From: Vermamoeba vermiformis
Taxonomy: Eukaryota
Direction of reading: 5' to 3'
Assembly: GCA_045837725.1 (NCBI GenBank)
Contig: JBEWZL010000008.1
Coordinates: 62,001 to 126,000 of the forward strand
Length of the DNA: 64,000 nt
How positions within the stretch are numbered: the first letter of the stretch is position 1; each line of letters starts with the position of its first letter. The notes under the pieces are model-generated. The model did no database searches. It saw only the letters and a list, made by a program, of their open reading frames with translations, and had not been told where the DNA came from. Positions 1 through 13,408 of the stretch are shown one piece after another. A program made the translations under genes and the position numbers.

Positions 1-164
1 GCGCGTGTGGTGAAAGAGGATCGGTGCGATGGATGGATGGTGGTAGTATTCACAACTTCGCTGATTATAAAATCGTTATTTTGAGGGCCTATTTTCGACC
101 TGTTCTACTCGCGCGTTCAAAAAAATGTTTTAAATACAGATCTGCCCCACGAGAACAGCACTGA

Positions 165-1058
165 ATGAGCGCACAGAACTCGCTGGTATTTAAATATGTG
201 ATTGTAGGACCTACTGGTGTGGGCAAGTCCTCGCTCATGCTTCAATTCACTGGTACGTGGTGCACTGGAGCCAATACGAGAATACAGCAACCAATTAATT
301 GCTATTAATTGTACCATATATTAAGACGTCCATATTTCCCAGAGTGCAATACTTGCAGCACATATTGAATTAATTGGTATTAATTGAAAGATTCTATTAG
401 AGCACGTCTTCCAGCCCTCGCACGAATTGACCATTGGCGTTGAATTCGGATCATTCTTTACGAGCATCAGTGGCAGAGATGTACGGCATTCAGTCCGCTA
501 GGTGTGGATCGAGAATCTGACATTTCCATTGCAGGTCAAACTTCAAATCTGGGACACAGCAGGTCAAGAATCATTCAGGTACCACTGCGCCAGTATATCC
601 CCGCTATTATTACTCACCTTGCACGCAGATCCATCACGCGCAGCTACTACCACGGAGCACACGGCGTGCTGCTAGTGTACGACATTACACGGCGCGAGAC
701 CTTTCAGTACATGAGCTCGTGGCTCGAGGAGTGTCGCCAACAAGCGGATGGTGCGCTGACCGTGGTGCTGATCGGCAACAAGCGCGACTGCGAGGACGAG
801 CGACAGGTCAGCGAGGAGGAGGGCCAGCTGTTTGCGCGCGAGCACGGCCTGTTGTTCATGGAGGCCAGTGCCAAGACCGCGCTCAATGTCGAGGCTGCAT
901 TCTTGCAGTCCGCGCAGCAGATCTACGACAAGTGGCAGCGCGGTGAGGTGGTGCTGTCAGATCCGGGCAACAAGATCAAGCTCGGCACGCAGCAGGGCAC
1001 GAGTGGCACCAACAACAACACGAATGGTGCGCCGAGTGAGCGCAAGTGTCAGTGTTGA
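165..1058 (+). CDS. Rab2-like small GTPase (4 exons: 165-252, 401-480, 535-578, 629-1058)
   Basis: Spliced translation gives MSAQNSLVFKYVIVGPTGVGKS...HELTIGVEFG...[21 protein letters not shown]...GNKRD...EASAK and a C-terminal CQC prenylation motif. All introns are GT-AG. Confidence 0.93.
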
Positions 1059-1163
1059 GCACCGCGATGTACAGTGTATAACTCGTTAATAGCAGTAAAG
1101 TGTACAAAAGATTTTATCAATTTTATTTTACATGGAAGAGTACTCTACCAGGGCCACGGACGG

Positions 1164-4100
1164 TTAAATCACGTGACTGTACCGGCGAGTGTGCTCAGAA
1201 TACACCAGCAGTGCCAAGAGACAGCACGTGATCATCAACACGGTAGTCAGCACGTGATTCAATTTGTGCGCGTCATCGTTTGACACCTGATGATTGACAC
1301 GAGTGACACGTGTCATCACGCGAGTCTTGCCCTGGTCCATGGCCTGCAACGTCTCCAGCTCGATGTCAAGTGTCGCTTTGACACGTGTCATATCGAGGTG
1401 TTCACGCGTCAACTTGTCCAATCGCGCGCGACTGTCCTGCAGCACGAGATGTGACTCGAGACTCATCAGTCGTGCGCGCAACAGACTGGCGCTGAGTTTG
1501 ACGAGGTGATTGAATGCCGCGCCACTCACCTCCTCGCGCACTGACTCCTGCACACGTGACGCTGCTGCGTTGTGAGCACGCATGCGATTGGTCAGTTCGT
1601 CAATGCTGCGCGTCAGACTCGTGTAGCGTGGTGAGCGCGGGGCCGTTGGAGATGCCAGCGGAATAACTCTGCTCACACGTGGACTGCGCGGACTACGCGG
1701 ACTTTTGACGGGCGGTAAATTTAGCTCCAACTCGTCTGCGTGGAGGACACGTGCCACTGCCGCAGTCTCGGGCTGCACTTCCATGGCAGTGAGTGGCGTG
1801 GAGGGATGGGCTGTGACAGGTGTCAATTCTTCGGCGGAATAACTCTCCTCATCGTCTTCGATGTGTGCCTCGTCCACCGATATCTCGGAGCGATCTCCGA
1901 TAGATTCATCGTCCTCGTGCTCGAATTCTGGCTCAATCATGAGGTCCTCGTCGTCGTCAAAGATCACGTGGTGCTCGTCCTCGTCCTCGTCCTCGTCGTC
2001 ACCCTGCAGCTCGACCAGCTCTTCGTCCTCTTTTGGAAAGTAGCTCTCTGCCAGCATGTTCTCCAGTTTCATGAACACGGTGTGCTGTCGCTGTTGCCAC
2101 GCCAGTTGCAGTGCTGTCGCGCCAGAGTTGTCGGAGATTTGAAACAGATCGAACGACCACAACTCTGCCACACACCCCACGTGACCACCTGCTGCTGCCC
2201 AGTGCAGGGCTGTGCGACCACGTGCGTCGCGTGCTAATTTGTCCGACTGATTGTCGACCAGGGTCTTGACGGCCTCTAAATGTCCGCGCTGTGCGGCTAT
2301 AATTAGCGCAGTCATGCCCTGCTGATCACATGCGTCTACCAAATTAGGCTCGGCACTCAACAGCTGTTCAATCACGTGCACGTGTCCGTGTCTGGCGGCC
2401 ACGTGGAGGGCTGTGCGACCACGTGCATCGGTGGCATCGGGAGTGGCACCGAGATCGAGCAGCAGTGCCACCAGTGCCACGTGATCACGCTCTGATGCGA
2501 GGTGCAGTGCAGTTTGGCCGTTGACATCTTGCGCGTCACGTGCGTGTGGTGGCAAATTGTCCCACAGTGTCTTCAGCAGCGTGACGTCGTGTGTGCCGTG
2601 CCAGGCCAAGTAGTGCAGCGGAGTGCGGCCCCGATGATCGCCCTGCGCGAGAGCTGGCGCGGGATTGAGCGCTAAAAATAGCTTCAACAATGGCGTGCCC
2701 TCGTATGTTGCGTCACGTGCCCAGTACGCGAGCCAGTGCATCAATCCACGTGACTTGTGATCGCGACACGTGACATCTGCGCGGTGGTCTACCAGGGCAG
2801 TGATCACGTGCTCAGCGTGACTCGCCACTGACTCGTGCAGCGGTGTCGCGTGTTTCTCGTCCGCGGCATTCGGATCTGCGCCGAGATCGAGCAGGAGATT
2901 CACGAGCTCAGGGTTGTTCCACCTGACTGCCAAGTGCAGCGGAGTTATTCCGGTGAGGTTCTTTTCATGAACGAGACTCGCATCGTAGCGCAGCAAATCT
3001 CGCACGAGCGCTAGTTGTTCCGCGCTGGGCTTGGCACGCAGTGCAGTGTGCAGTGGCGTGTTGTGGCCCTGGTCGAGTGTTTGCAACAATTTCTTTGCAG
3101 TGCTGTCACTGACACGTGTCAGAGCCCAGTTCATGAACGATTTGTTGCCAGCACGTGCTGCAACATGCAATGCAGAACGATGCCGACCAGATTCATTGCC
3201 TAATAAGGCAATAAACTGCTGATCATCGGAGATATGCGCTGAGATCACGTCGTAAAATTCTGCAGGGCTGCCATGTGCCATCCAATGCAGCGCGGTCCAA
3301 CCATTTTTGTCACGCGTTGTCAGCGATGACTTCTGAGCTAAAAATAACCGCAATGTTTCTGCAGAGTTCGCGTGGCTGGCAAGAAATAGATGCAAAGCTA
3401 TTCTGCCGTGTGCATCGGTGGCACTTGCTGTCTCGGGCGCGTGTTCTAATAATAGCCGCACGATGGATGCAGCTCCCAATCTCGCAGCGAGATGCAGTGG
3501 CAATCGACCGAGCTTGTCGGGTACTGTGGGAGATATTTCCTTTTTAAGCAATACCTGCACGCATTGCAGGGCGCTGTTGCTATTTATAGCTGCAGGATAG
3601 CGCTTGAGACCCAGCAGCACGTGATGCAGCAGTGAGCGGTGTTGCGAGTCTAAAAATAGCCACGGATGTCGATCGTGACAGTGGGTGAGCACGTGATCTA
3701 CCAGGGCCTCGCATCCAGACTGTGCCATCAACTGCAGTGCTGTCATGCCTTTGCGGTTCTGCTTGGCGAGTGGAGTGCCAGCTGCCAGCAGTAATTCCGC
3801 TGCGTGCACGATGAGTGCCACGCGACTGTCATCGTGTTCGAACCTAATCGGGACAGTGGCCAGCACGTGGAGGGCAGTGCTGTCGTAGTGATCCACTGCG
3901 CGGGGGTCTGCGCCTATTTTTAGCAGCAGAGCGAGACAGTCCACGACACCACGTGCACGTGCCAGCATGCGATGAGTGAGGGCGTGGTGCAGACCACTCG
4001 CAGTCACGTGCAGCACTGTGCGGCCTTGCAAGTCACGTGCGCGCACATCTGACAGCGGTGTCACGTGGGGGCGTGTGGTGGGTGAAGTTGAAATTTCCTC

Positions 4101-5435
4101 TGACAGCAGCGCGGACACCACTGATGCGCGGCCTGCCCACGCAGCCCAAAATAGCGGAGTTGTTCCGCGCTCGTCAACGGGGTCGTATGCCAAAGATAGC
4201 AATGTGTTGAGCGGAAATTCGTGCAGCTTGATCTTCTTTTCACGCGCGCGAAATTGTTCCCAAATTTGGTGCATGACTTGTCTGACGAGCAACTTGACAT
4301 GTTTGACAGGTCCGTACAGTGCCGCGTAGAACAGTGCTGTCATCCCTTGCTGATCACGTGACAGCAGGTCACTGCCGCGGTCAATCAGGGCGCGGAGAAT
4401 TGCCGTGTTGGGCAAGGCTGCTGCGTCTAAAAATAGAAGTCAGTTCGCAAGATCCGAAGCGTGCCAGTCACGTGACGTACAATGCAGGGCAGAGCGGGCT
4501 TTGACATCGACAGCAGTGAGCACCACGGACTTGTGTGCCAGCAGCGCGGTGACAGCACTCGTCTGTTGTGACAGCACTGCCACGTGCAGCACTGGCGGAG
4601 TGAGGCGTGTGTGCAGCGTGGCCCCGTGATCGATCAGGGCGCGGAGCACTTCGCCGAGACCGAGGCGTGCGGCCCACCAGACTGGACTGCGGCCCTCGTG
4701 ATCGATCGCATCGGGGTCTGCTTTCTGCGCTAAAAATAGCTTCACTGCCTGCACGTCATCGACCAGCACGGCAGCGAGCAGCGGCGTCACGCCATTTTTG
4801 GTCTTGACGTGCACACTCTGCGGGGTGTTTGCAACAATTTTGCGCAATCGACTGAAGCGAATCAAAGCATCGGAGCGCGGGGTGTGCAGCGGACTGTCCT
4901 CGTCACGTGATTGGTCAGAATCGTATTCGCTGTCACGTGATGCATTCATTCCTTGCACGCGATTCAGCATCGCCATCACGTGATTGGGCGTGCTATTTTT
5001 AGACTCGTCGTTCTCTGAATCGCTGCTCGACTGCTCGTCGTTCACTGTCACGTGATTGTGGAGCTCGCTGGTCGGTGGCGTTGAAATTTCATTCTCTGAA
5101 TCACTGCTGTCACTGCTGTCGGGATTGGCTTCGAATTCTTCGCGATTGAATCGATCGATCATGACTGCATCGGGGTGTATCACGCGCGGAGGTACGGAAT
5201 ATCTCCGTGCTGGGAGATCGTTGTGGCACCACTCGCTCGCAGTGCCTTGCAGTCGCGGGTGCATCACGCGGCCTGACTCGTCCACGTGCCACAGTTCACG
5301 AATGAGCACCTCTTGTTCCGCGCGATCGGCATTGAGCGTCAATATCGTCGACCAATCATCGCGCACCAAATTGCGCAGCTCGGCGGGTATTCGTCGACGG
5401 TTCATGGATCTCGCTCTAGCGGATAAATATTGCAT
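1164..5435 (-). CDS. Large ankyrin-repeat protein with acidic tract, coiled coil and C-terminal hydrophobic helix
   Basis: ORFs 4440-5459 and 1164-4415 join through a GT-AG intron at 4427-4480 (ALH-Y-AAALPNT). More than 20 G-x-T/S-A/P-L-H ankyrin motifs are present, and the end reads VLTTVLMITCCLLALLVYS. The start codon is uncertain. Confidence 0.88.
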
Positions 5436-5832
5436 TGTTAATCGTCTTTGATTTAACACGATCGAATTACGGTTATTGGTATTATTAAATAATAATTATC
5501 AATACATGCATAATATAACAAAATATTTAATTTATTTAATGCAACTGTTCCTTCAGGACTTTATCGCAGATACTACAATAATCACAATAGATATTATGCA
5601 CTTACTAGTATTAAAGAGTGTATTAAGTTCGATCCAGATCGTCACCACACCGAAACATTGAAATAAATAATTTAGTTAATTATTACAAGCTGAGTCGATG
5701 CAGTCAATATTATACTATTGACTACTCTCCTCTATTGTTCGAGTCAATAACAAATGACACAACGGTAACATATCAGCAAGGGCGGGCTGAAGATTTTTTG
5801 CAAGCGAAATTTCGAGGTTGTTGGATCCACGC

Positions 5833-8800
5833 TCACTTGGCGGTGAGGTAGGTCTCCATGACAGCTTTCATGGCCTTAAATCCTTCTTCGAGCTCTTTCT
5901 GGAAGGGAATCTGATCGGGATTGATGAGCTGACTGGATCTGTTCAACGCATCGGCGCACACTTCGAGGAACTCTTGCAGCGCACGACGAATCGACTCGAC
6001 CTGCTCGCTGTCGTACTGACCCTTGCTGGACTCGCTCAGGAACGCCTTGGCGACCTCAGTAGACCCAGCGTGTACCTCTGCGCAGTGTTAGTACCGGTAC
6101 AGTGTAGTGGCAGCAGATCTAGCTGCGAGCACTCTCTAGCTGCCAGTATTCTAGCAGCGAGTACTAGCACTCTAGCCAGTACTCTATCTAATACGTACGT
6201 GGTGAGACCGTGCCCTGCAGCACCCCCATCAGTGTCTTGGCATTGGGATTGCGCAGCTCGTTCTGCAGCTTCTGAATGCGCTTCTCCACGGTCTCGAGCG
6301 CGTTCTCAATGGGCGCGAGTTCGACGGAGTGCTTCTTGGTGATCTTGAGCCGCGTCTTCATGTACGGGAATGCTGTCTCGACCTGCAGAATCGTCTTGCG
6401 CTTGTACTGCTTGCTCAGATCACCGCTCTGCTGCTTGCCGTCTTTGGTGAACGGCGTCTCGAAGATGAACGACGCTGTGGCACGTGATTAGCGGGGGTCT
6501 AAAAATAGCTCAAAAGTGTTGCAAAGACTTACTAATGTTGTACGAGCGGTCGTAGTGCGTGACGCGGTCCTTGAGTTCCCAGGGCTCGAAGTACGGGTCC
6601 ACAGAGGTGATCTGCAAATAACACTGCTTGTCGAGGTCGAGCTTTGACACGTCCACGTCAGCGGAGGTAGTCAACAGCTGCACTTTGACACCTTCACCGA
6701 ACTTCTTCTGATAAAGATTCTAAAAATAGCATGGCAATTAGTCTAGTTGCCGTTGACACCTGTCACGTGACACATACCACCAGTCGATCGGAAATTTCAC
6801 CGAGACGTGTCAATTTGGGTTCTTTGTAAATGAACTCCTGGCCACTCAGCTCTTCGAACAAATTGCCAAAAAAGGCAACGCGATAGTAGCTGCCCAAGAA
6901 TCTGCTCTCATTTTGCATCTAAAAATAGAAGTATAAGTTATAGCCGCAGAGCAGGCGAGTCACGCGTACCGAGAGTATAATCTTGTCGAATATCTCCTTG
7001 AGATCGAGATGCGCGGCACTCAGCTTCACGTAGTCGCGATTCTTCTCGAAGATGGGCAGCAGCAGCTTGTACAGCTCGTTGCACGCCTCGTACAGCTCCG
7101 CTTGTCGCAGATAGTCGATGGCCTGGCACATCACCTTCACCAGTCCGTCTTCAGTGAATATTTGCAGCTCTGTCGTGGCCTCGTCGTCCGTCACACCGCC
7201 CAGCAGATCACCGCTCGACTCCAGCACCTCTTCCAGGGCACTGTGACTCACGTGCTCGAAGGCCGCACAGCCCACGGGCAGTCCCGGACTGGGCTCAGCT
7301 AAATTTAGAAACTCTGCGATCAGTGCCGCAATGTGCACGACTGCAATGCCTGCTTCAGCCCAGGCCCTGGTAGATGTGTCAGACAAAGATGGCGCACTAA
7401 AAATAGCCCGTACTTATTCTTCTCGTGCAGTGAGGCGAGTGATTTGAGCCACGTGACGCGGAGATCCGGCGCGTTGTTGTAACTCTGCGCGATGTGGTGG
7501 TACAGATCTGCCAGCATCTCGTTGTCTTTGTTCTATTTTTAGCGTGAGCGAGTGACAGCTGAAATAGTCGCAAAGACCGATTACCTTGGCGTGGCGAATG
7601 CTCTTGACGCTGTCCTCGAGAATAGTTTTCAGTCGTTGCACGAGTTGAATGGCCTGATTCTCGAGCTCTGCATCGCTGCCCTTGAGATCTGCGCGCACGT
7701 ACTCGGGCAAGACATCGAGGGCACGGCGCAGATAGGCCGGGTCACTCACTTCACCCTCACCCACCAGCTTGGACAGCGCGATGGTGGTTGCCACTTTGAT
7801 GCGCGTGAAGTTTTTCCGCTTGGTGGCCTCAAAGTTCTTTTTCATGAACAGGTAGATGATGGCACTGGCCTCGCTCCTGACTGCATTGTTGTTGTAATTG
7901 CAGTGCGCGAGGATGAGATTGCACAGCTTGGCACAGTACTGCGTGTTGAGCGTGAACAGTGCCTTGGGGAACTTGTAGATGAATGTGCGCAGCGTGGCGT
8001 AGGCGTGCGTGAGATAGGTGACGGACTGCTTCATCTTGAGCGAGGTCTTGAGCACTTTGAACACCTGATCGAGCAGCAGATTCGGCTGATGACTCTCCAC
8101 CAGCTCGCTCTCCTTGGCGGCCACAAAGCACTCCAGCGCATCGAGCAGGATCATCGACACCTCGTGACTCAAGTGACTCTCGCGCTCGCTGTTGTAGTCG
8201 AAGCGCTTGTCCACTTCACTCGCGTAACTCGCGCGCCATCGCTTGGGGTCTTTGATCGAACCACTCTGCGAACTCGACACACTCACGCCACTGCTGCTCG
8301 GCTGCGGTGTGTGTCCTGGCGTCGGGTTCTGCGATGGCGCTGTGCCACCACCCACCGTATTGCCGCGCGATCTCGCTTCAATTCTCCGCTCGCGCAGTGA
8401 TTTGTTGCGCGAATCAGATTCGTTGGGCTGATCTTGGTACTTCTCTTCGAACATGGCCATCACACTCGACTTGCTCTCGCTCTCGCGGTTCATCTTCTCC
8501 AAGTACGCCTCGCGACCCACGTGCTCGAACACACGTGCTGCAAATGACAGTGCGGTCAGGAATCCGACCAGACGCGTCACCGTGTCAATCTTCCACCAAT
8601 CGCGCATGAGGTGTGCGGAACAATTCTTGACAATGTAGCACCATAATAGGAAAGCACTGCGCTGCTCATCAAAATCTGCTTCACGATAGAAGGCGAGATT
8701 GTCGATCACCTGTCACGTGTCAGTTAAGTGCTAAAAATAGCCGCAGTACGTACGTGCAGCACGAAGGGGAAGTAGAGCTCAGCGATGCGTTGCTTGACGC

Positions 8801-11800
8801 CGCGCTTGTTGTAGCGGTGATCGTGGTCGTGGCGCATGAACAGCTGATGCAGCACGGCGAGGGCTTTGAGGCGCAGCGGCTTGTCGTGATTGATGCTCAG
8901 CTCGAACACTGCGCGCAACACCACGCCTGCCAGCACGTGGCGCTGTGCGTAGAGCTCCAAGAGCTTGGGCAGATTGGTGACGGTGAGTGCGTGGTGGCGC
9001 GGCAGATTGAGCTCAATCCAGTGCTCGTGCAGCACCAGGATCTTGATGTGTTCCAGCTTGACGTCGAGCAGTTGCAGCTGTGGCTCAGTGGTGCTGGGCG
9101 AGAGCTCTTTGATCACGTGCTGTATGACATCGAGCACCACACCGCGGTCCATCACAGCCAGCATGTCGGTGAGGTAGTGCGCGAGCGAGCGATTCAGATC
9201 TTTGAACACACTCAGCGTCTTCTTGAGCTGCGTCTGGATCTGATACGCCAGCAGCACGCACAGAGAGTGCACTGCGCGCTCGCACTCAGCACCGAACCGC
9301 TTCTGACGCGTGCTCTGATCCTCTGTGGCAAGGGGTCAGTGACTAAAAATAGCGCTATTGCGAGTACGTACGCAAGAGATGCAGTGCGGCGAGTCGATCG
9401 CACATGGACTTGTATATAATCTTGAATAGGAACCAGCTGTACTTGTGGTACTTCTCCAGCTCACTCACACTGGCTGGCGTGCTATTTTTGTCGCTGCTCT
9501 GCACGGTCATGCTGGCACTGGCTGCGATGACACCTTGCGGCAGTGCGGCGGTCTTCTCTTTGACTACGGCCAGCCACTGCTTCAACAGCTCGTAGTACAC
9601 CCAGCCATTCTCGTCGTTTAGTGCGCTGCTGTTGGTCTCGCTCTTCTTGGGGTCTACAAACACGTGCTCGACGTACTTTTCGAGGAATGCCTTGCTGTCG
9701 AGACTCTCGTTGTGCATGCTGGCAATCAGATTGATCAGCACGTGCAGAGCCTCGCGACTGAGGTCACTGCCCTGCGCGATGAGCTGCAACAGCTGCGTGA
9801 ACAGCACGGGCATGAACTGAATCACCACGCGCGGCTTGGCCTTGGTGAGCTGTGAGAGCGAGGTCGCGAGGGCCGTGCGATCGAGCTTGTGCTTCTTGTT
9901 GTCGACGAAGAACTGATTCACGTGCTTGTCGCTCGCGTGCACGGTGGAGACGAGACGCAATCGGAACTTGAAGGTGATCTTCTTGCTGTCAATCAAGCTC
10001 GCTTTGATCGCTTCACTCGCCTCTTTGCTCAGAAACTTGTTGGGCAGTTCACTCGCAATCGGAATCTGAATCTCTTTCTCCATGATGCGGCCCTTCACCA
10101 TAATAGGAATGAACGCGTACCCGACAATGGTCGGTTCCGAGGGTTTCTTGAGCTGACAGGGCACGTGATAGAAGGTGAACAGCAAGTTGTGGCGCGGCGT
10201 GAGGTGCAGCGGCAGCTTGATCTTGATCTCGTCGTAGAACTGCGGGGCTTTGTTGTGGTACTGCACGGCTGTGAACACGTGATCACTCATCTCGGGGTCC
10301 GCGCTGTTCTTGTTCCACAGTGCGCGCAGTTTGCTGGTGACGTCATCGGTTTCCAAGAATTGCACTGACACGGCAATGTTCCGCGCTGACTTCTGACCGT
10401 TGGTTTTGGTCAGATTGACCATTTCGGGATACAGATACAGATTGTTGACGTATTCCAAATTAGGATATGCCGTCAATGTTTGCGGGAATTCTTGCACTTC
10501 TTGAATGTACTGCACCAAGGTCAGCGGAACAATAATAACACAATCAGCGGTAACGTACCTCGGACGATGGCACTTTGACATCAGGGTGCACTGGCAGTGA
10601 ACAGGGCGACACGAGCACCTCTTGCATATTTGCAGGCTTGGCATTGGTATTTGCAGCCACATCACTCTGCGCCAGCTCTTTAATCTCGAGTGTCATGTAG
10701 CCGTTGAGTGGCTTCATTTTCTTGGAACTCGAACTGCCTTTTTCGGGCATTTGTTCAAAAAAGGCTAAATCTCCGACATCTCCGCGATATCGGTAGATAT
10801 TTTTCATGGTGATCTGATGCGGATGATCTTTGCTGCCGCTGGTGATGACACTCATGCTGCGGTCCTCGGCGTTGAACAGTGGCAATATGCCGACACAGAA
10901 CGGTTGACGCCACTGCCCCAAGCGCGCGCATCGCTCTTTGACATCGCGCTCAATCTTCTCGCGGTCCTTGTCCTTGACATTGTCGAACTTGACGTAGGAC
11001 TCGACACTCTCGTCGTAGTCGCCGTGCAGCACCTTCTCGATGCGCACCACGAGGAAGATGTCGGGACTCGGCGAACTCACCGAGAACAGCGCGCGCTTGC
11101 AGGGCTTGGTCTTGATCCGATGCTCGCCCAGCATGTCCGTCACTTCCGCACCGTTCAGCTCAAAGTAGTAGTTCTCTGATATGCGCACCTTCTTGGAGAT
11201 GTCGTAGAGGGCCATGGTGCAGAAATAGGGCTCGATGTTGCCCAGTTCAAACTTGAGTTCTTTGGGCTCTATCAAAAAGCGACGTACGCTGTCATAGCAG
11301 ATTGTAAGAACATCGTGTCGATAGGTGTAAGGTACGTACGGCTTTGGTTTGAATGGCGGCACTCGTTCAGTGACCACTGCTGCATCTGCTGCGGGATTGA
11401 GTTGATAGAGCTCGTGTCGTCCAAGCAGCTGGGGTTGTGTTAGCATTGCCTCATATAAACATGCGTTACGTACTCTGTTTTTTTCATTCAATCCATCGGT
11501 AGTCTTGGGCTTGTAACTCTCCAACAGATCAGTACGCACCACATCTCGTCCACTGGAGGCTCCAAGACCACTGGAACTTGGTCCTCCTGATGCGCTAGCA
11601 CCTGTACTCGACTCTTGTTGACTCTCCTCGATACTGTCTTCGTACAGCAAGCTCGTTAAGTTGGAGTCTGATTCACTGCGTGCTTTCAAGCCCAGATCGG
11701 CGCAAGTGCGTGTGTAGCCGCGCCACTTCGTCAGATAGAATTCTACGCAGTCTTTGACGTGAGGCAGCAATTTTTCCTTATCGCGTGCGTGTTGCCAATC

Positions 11801-12453
11801 TTTGATTTCGGGATCCAATTCAGTTCGAAACTCGCGAGGCAGTTCAACTTCTTTAATATCGTCTTTTGGAAATTCGAATAGCTCTTTATTAGCCTCTTTG
11901 ATCACTTCTTCTTTTTTGATTTCATTCTCGTAATCAAACGCTGGTGGACCGCCCTGCAGATTCAACGTCAATTAAATTGCATTAATCTGAATACACATTC
12001 ACGGTACAGTGGAATTATATTGAACAAAAATCGTCCCACTAATAACTGTGCCATATTGTCACCGAAATATCTCTATGTAATTTACCACTATTAAAGAAAA
12101 TCTTTTTATTTGTGATTGATATTGTGATTAATAATTAATTCTATTTGCTAGCTCAATAAGCTCTATTCGAGTCCATTGTAGCATATCATTACCTTGGTGA
12201 TTTCAGCTAATCGTGCAGAGAAGTTATCGCTCGAAACTGTCGTAAGTGTCTCGCTATCCGAACCTGGATCTGCACTCGAACCTTGACGCGAGTGCGGTGA
12301 TTTGCGCGCGCTATTGAGGGCAGCGCTGTTGTTGTTATTTTGCGAGCCAAATGGCATGCTCATCACACCTGTCACTGACGAGCCACCATACGGATTGGGT
12401 CGGTGAAAGCGACCAGATCCGAACTTGCCTGGGGCCGCCGGTGTCTGACTCAT
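5833..12453 (-). CDS. DOCK-family Rho GEF, zizimin / DOCK6-11 type (multi-exon)
   Basis: DHR-1/C2 signature YVNNLYLYP...[10 protein letters not shown]...[38 protein letters not shown]-2 signature [12 protein letters not shown]...WAEAG...[24 protein letters not shown]. Stop codon follows ...METYLTAK. Confidence 0.93.
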
Positions 12454-12659
12454 GTTTGTGGTACTGTAATATATTCAACTGCGCCTCAGACGCGAAAGTT
12501 CGCCCAGTCCGTCACGTGATTGGTGATTTTATCAATTTTAGACTGACCGTTGTTTGCCGCCGAAAATAATAATGAAATTTTGATTGATAGCAACACTAGC
12601 TGTTACGCACAGAGACATCTCATCAATACACTACTACGACGCATTGTACTCGAACAATA

Positions 12660-13285
12660 ATGAGCAAGCAACAAAGTTTGAACAAGTAAGTGGCACCGAA
12701 GAAGTTATCGATTGCTATTGGTAATTGACCTTTGTCTTGTTTGAAGGATGGTGAAGACACTCAAAAATACGGGCAAGATATCTGATGAGATGGAGGAATT
12801 GATTAACAAGAAGATTCAACTCGAACAAGATTTGGCCAATCTCGAGCGCCAGATTTACAACTTAGAGACGAGCTATCTGGAGAACTCATCGCCCATGGGT
12901 AATCTTGTGCAGGGCTGGAACGAGACTCCTGCCCGAAGCACAGTGAATAGTCAGCGCAAGCAAGTCGTGGATGAGGATCGGTTGTTCTCGCTTTCATCAG
13001 CCACTTCAATCAATGTACGTACACGTGCTTATAATTGTTCCATAGCAACTTTAACGAATCGTTATTGTTTCAGTACACACCGCTCGGGCAAAAGCAGGAT
13101 CTAGGTGAGTAGTGCGCGAGGCAGTGCCGGTGATCGAGCGATGGACTGAACTATTTTTAGATGCACCAGTGACACGTCCGCACAAGCAGATCAAGTTGAG
13201 CAAAAAGAAGTCCAAGCACCCCAAAGCGAGCTCGGTGAGTGAGGACGATGCGATGCAAGAGGACAGCTTGGAGACGTACGAATGA
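12660..13285 (+). CDS. EAF6: NuA4/MOZ histone acetyltransferase subunit EAF6-like
   Basis: ELINKKIQLEQDLANLERQIYNLETSYLENSSPMGNLVQGW...DEDRLFSLSSAT is the Eaf6/MEAF6 pattern. Four exons with GT-AG introns. Confidence 0.88.
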
Positions 13286-13408
13286 GCGAGGAGGAGTCAT
13301 ATATATGAGACTGCTTCAATGCACTGTGGCTGCACTGCACCGTTGTGTATATAGACCTGGCGTGCTGGCCACTGGAACACGTGTACATAGCCTAATATAA
13401 ACGAATAT

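Noticed and set aside
1975-2000. (tcgtcc)n microsatellite
   Set aside because: It simply encodes the DEDEDE acidic tract of the ankyrin protein.
7552-11179. Several 100-280 aa plus-strand ORFs opposite DOCK (also 14858-15670 opposite CMTR2)
   Set aside because: Antisense shadows of GC3-rich coding exons.
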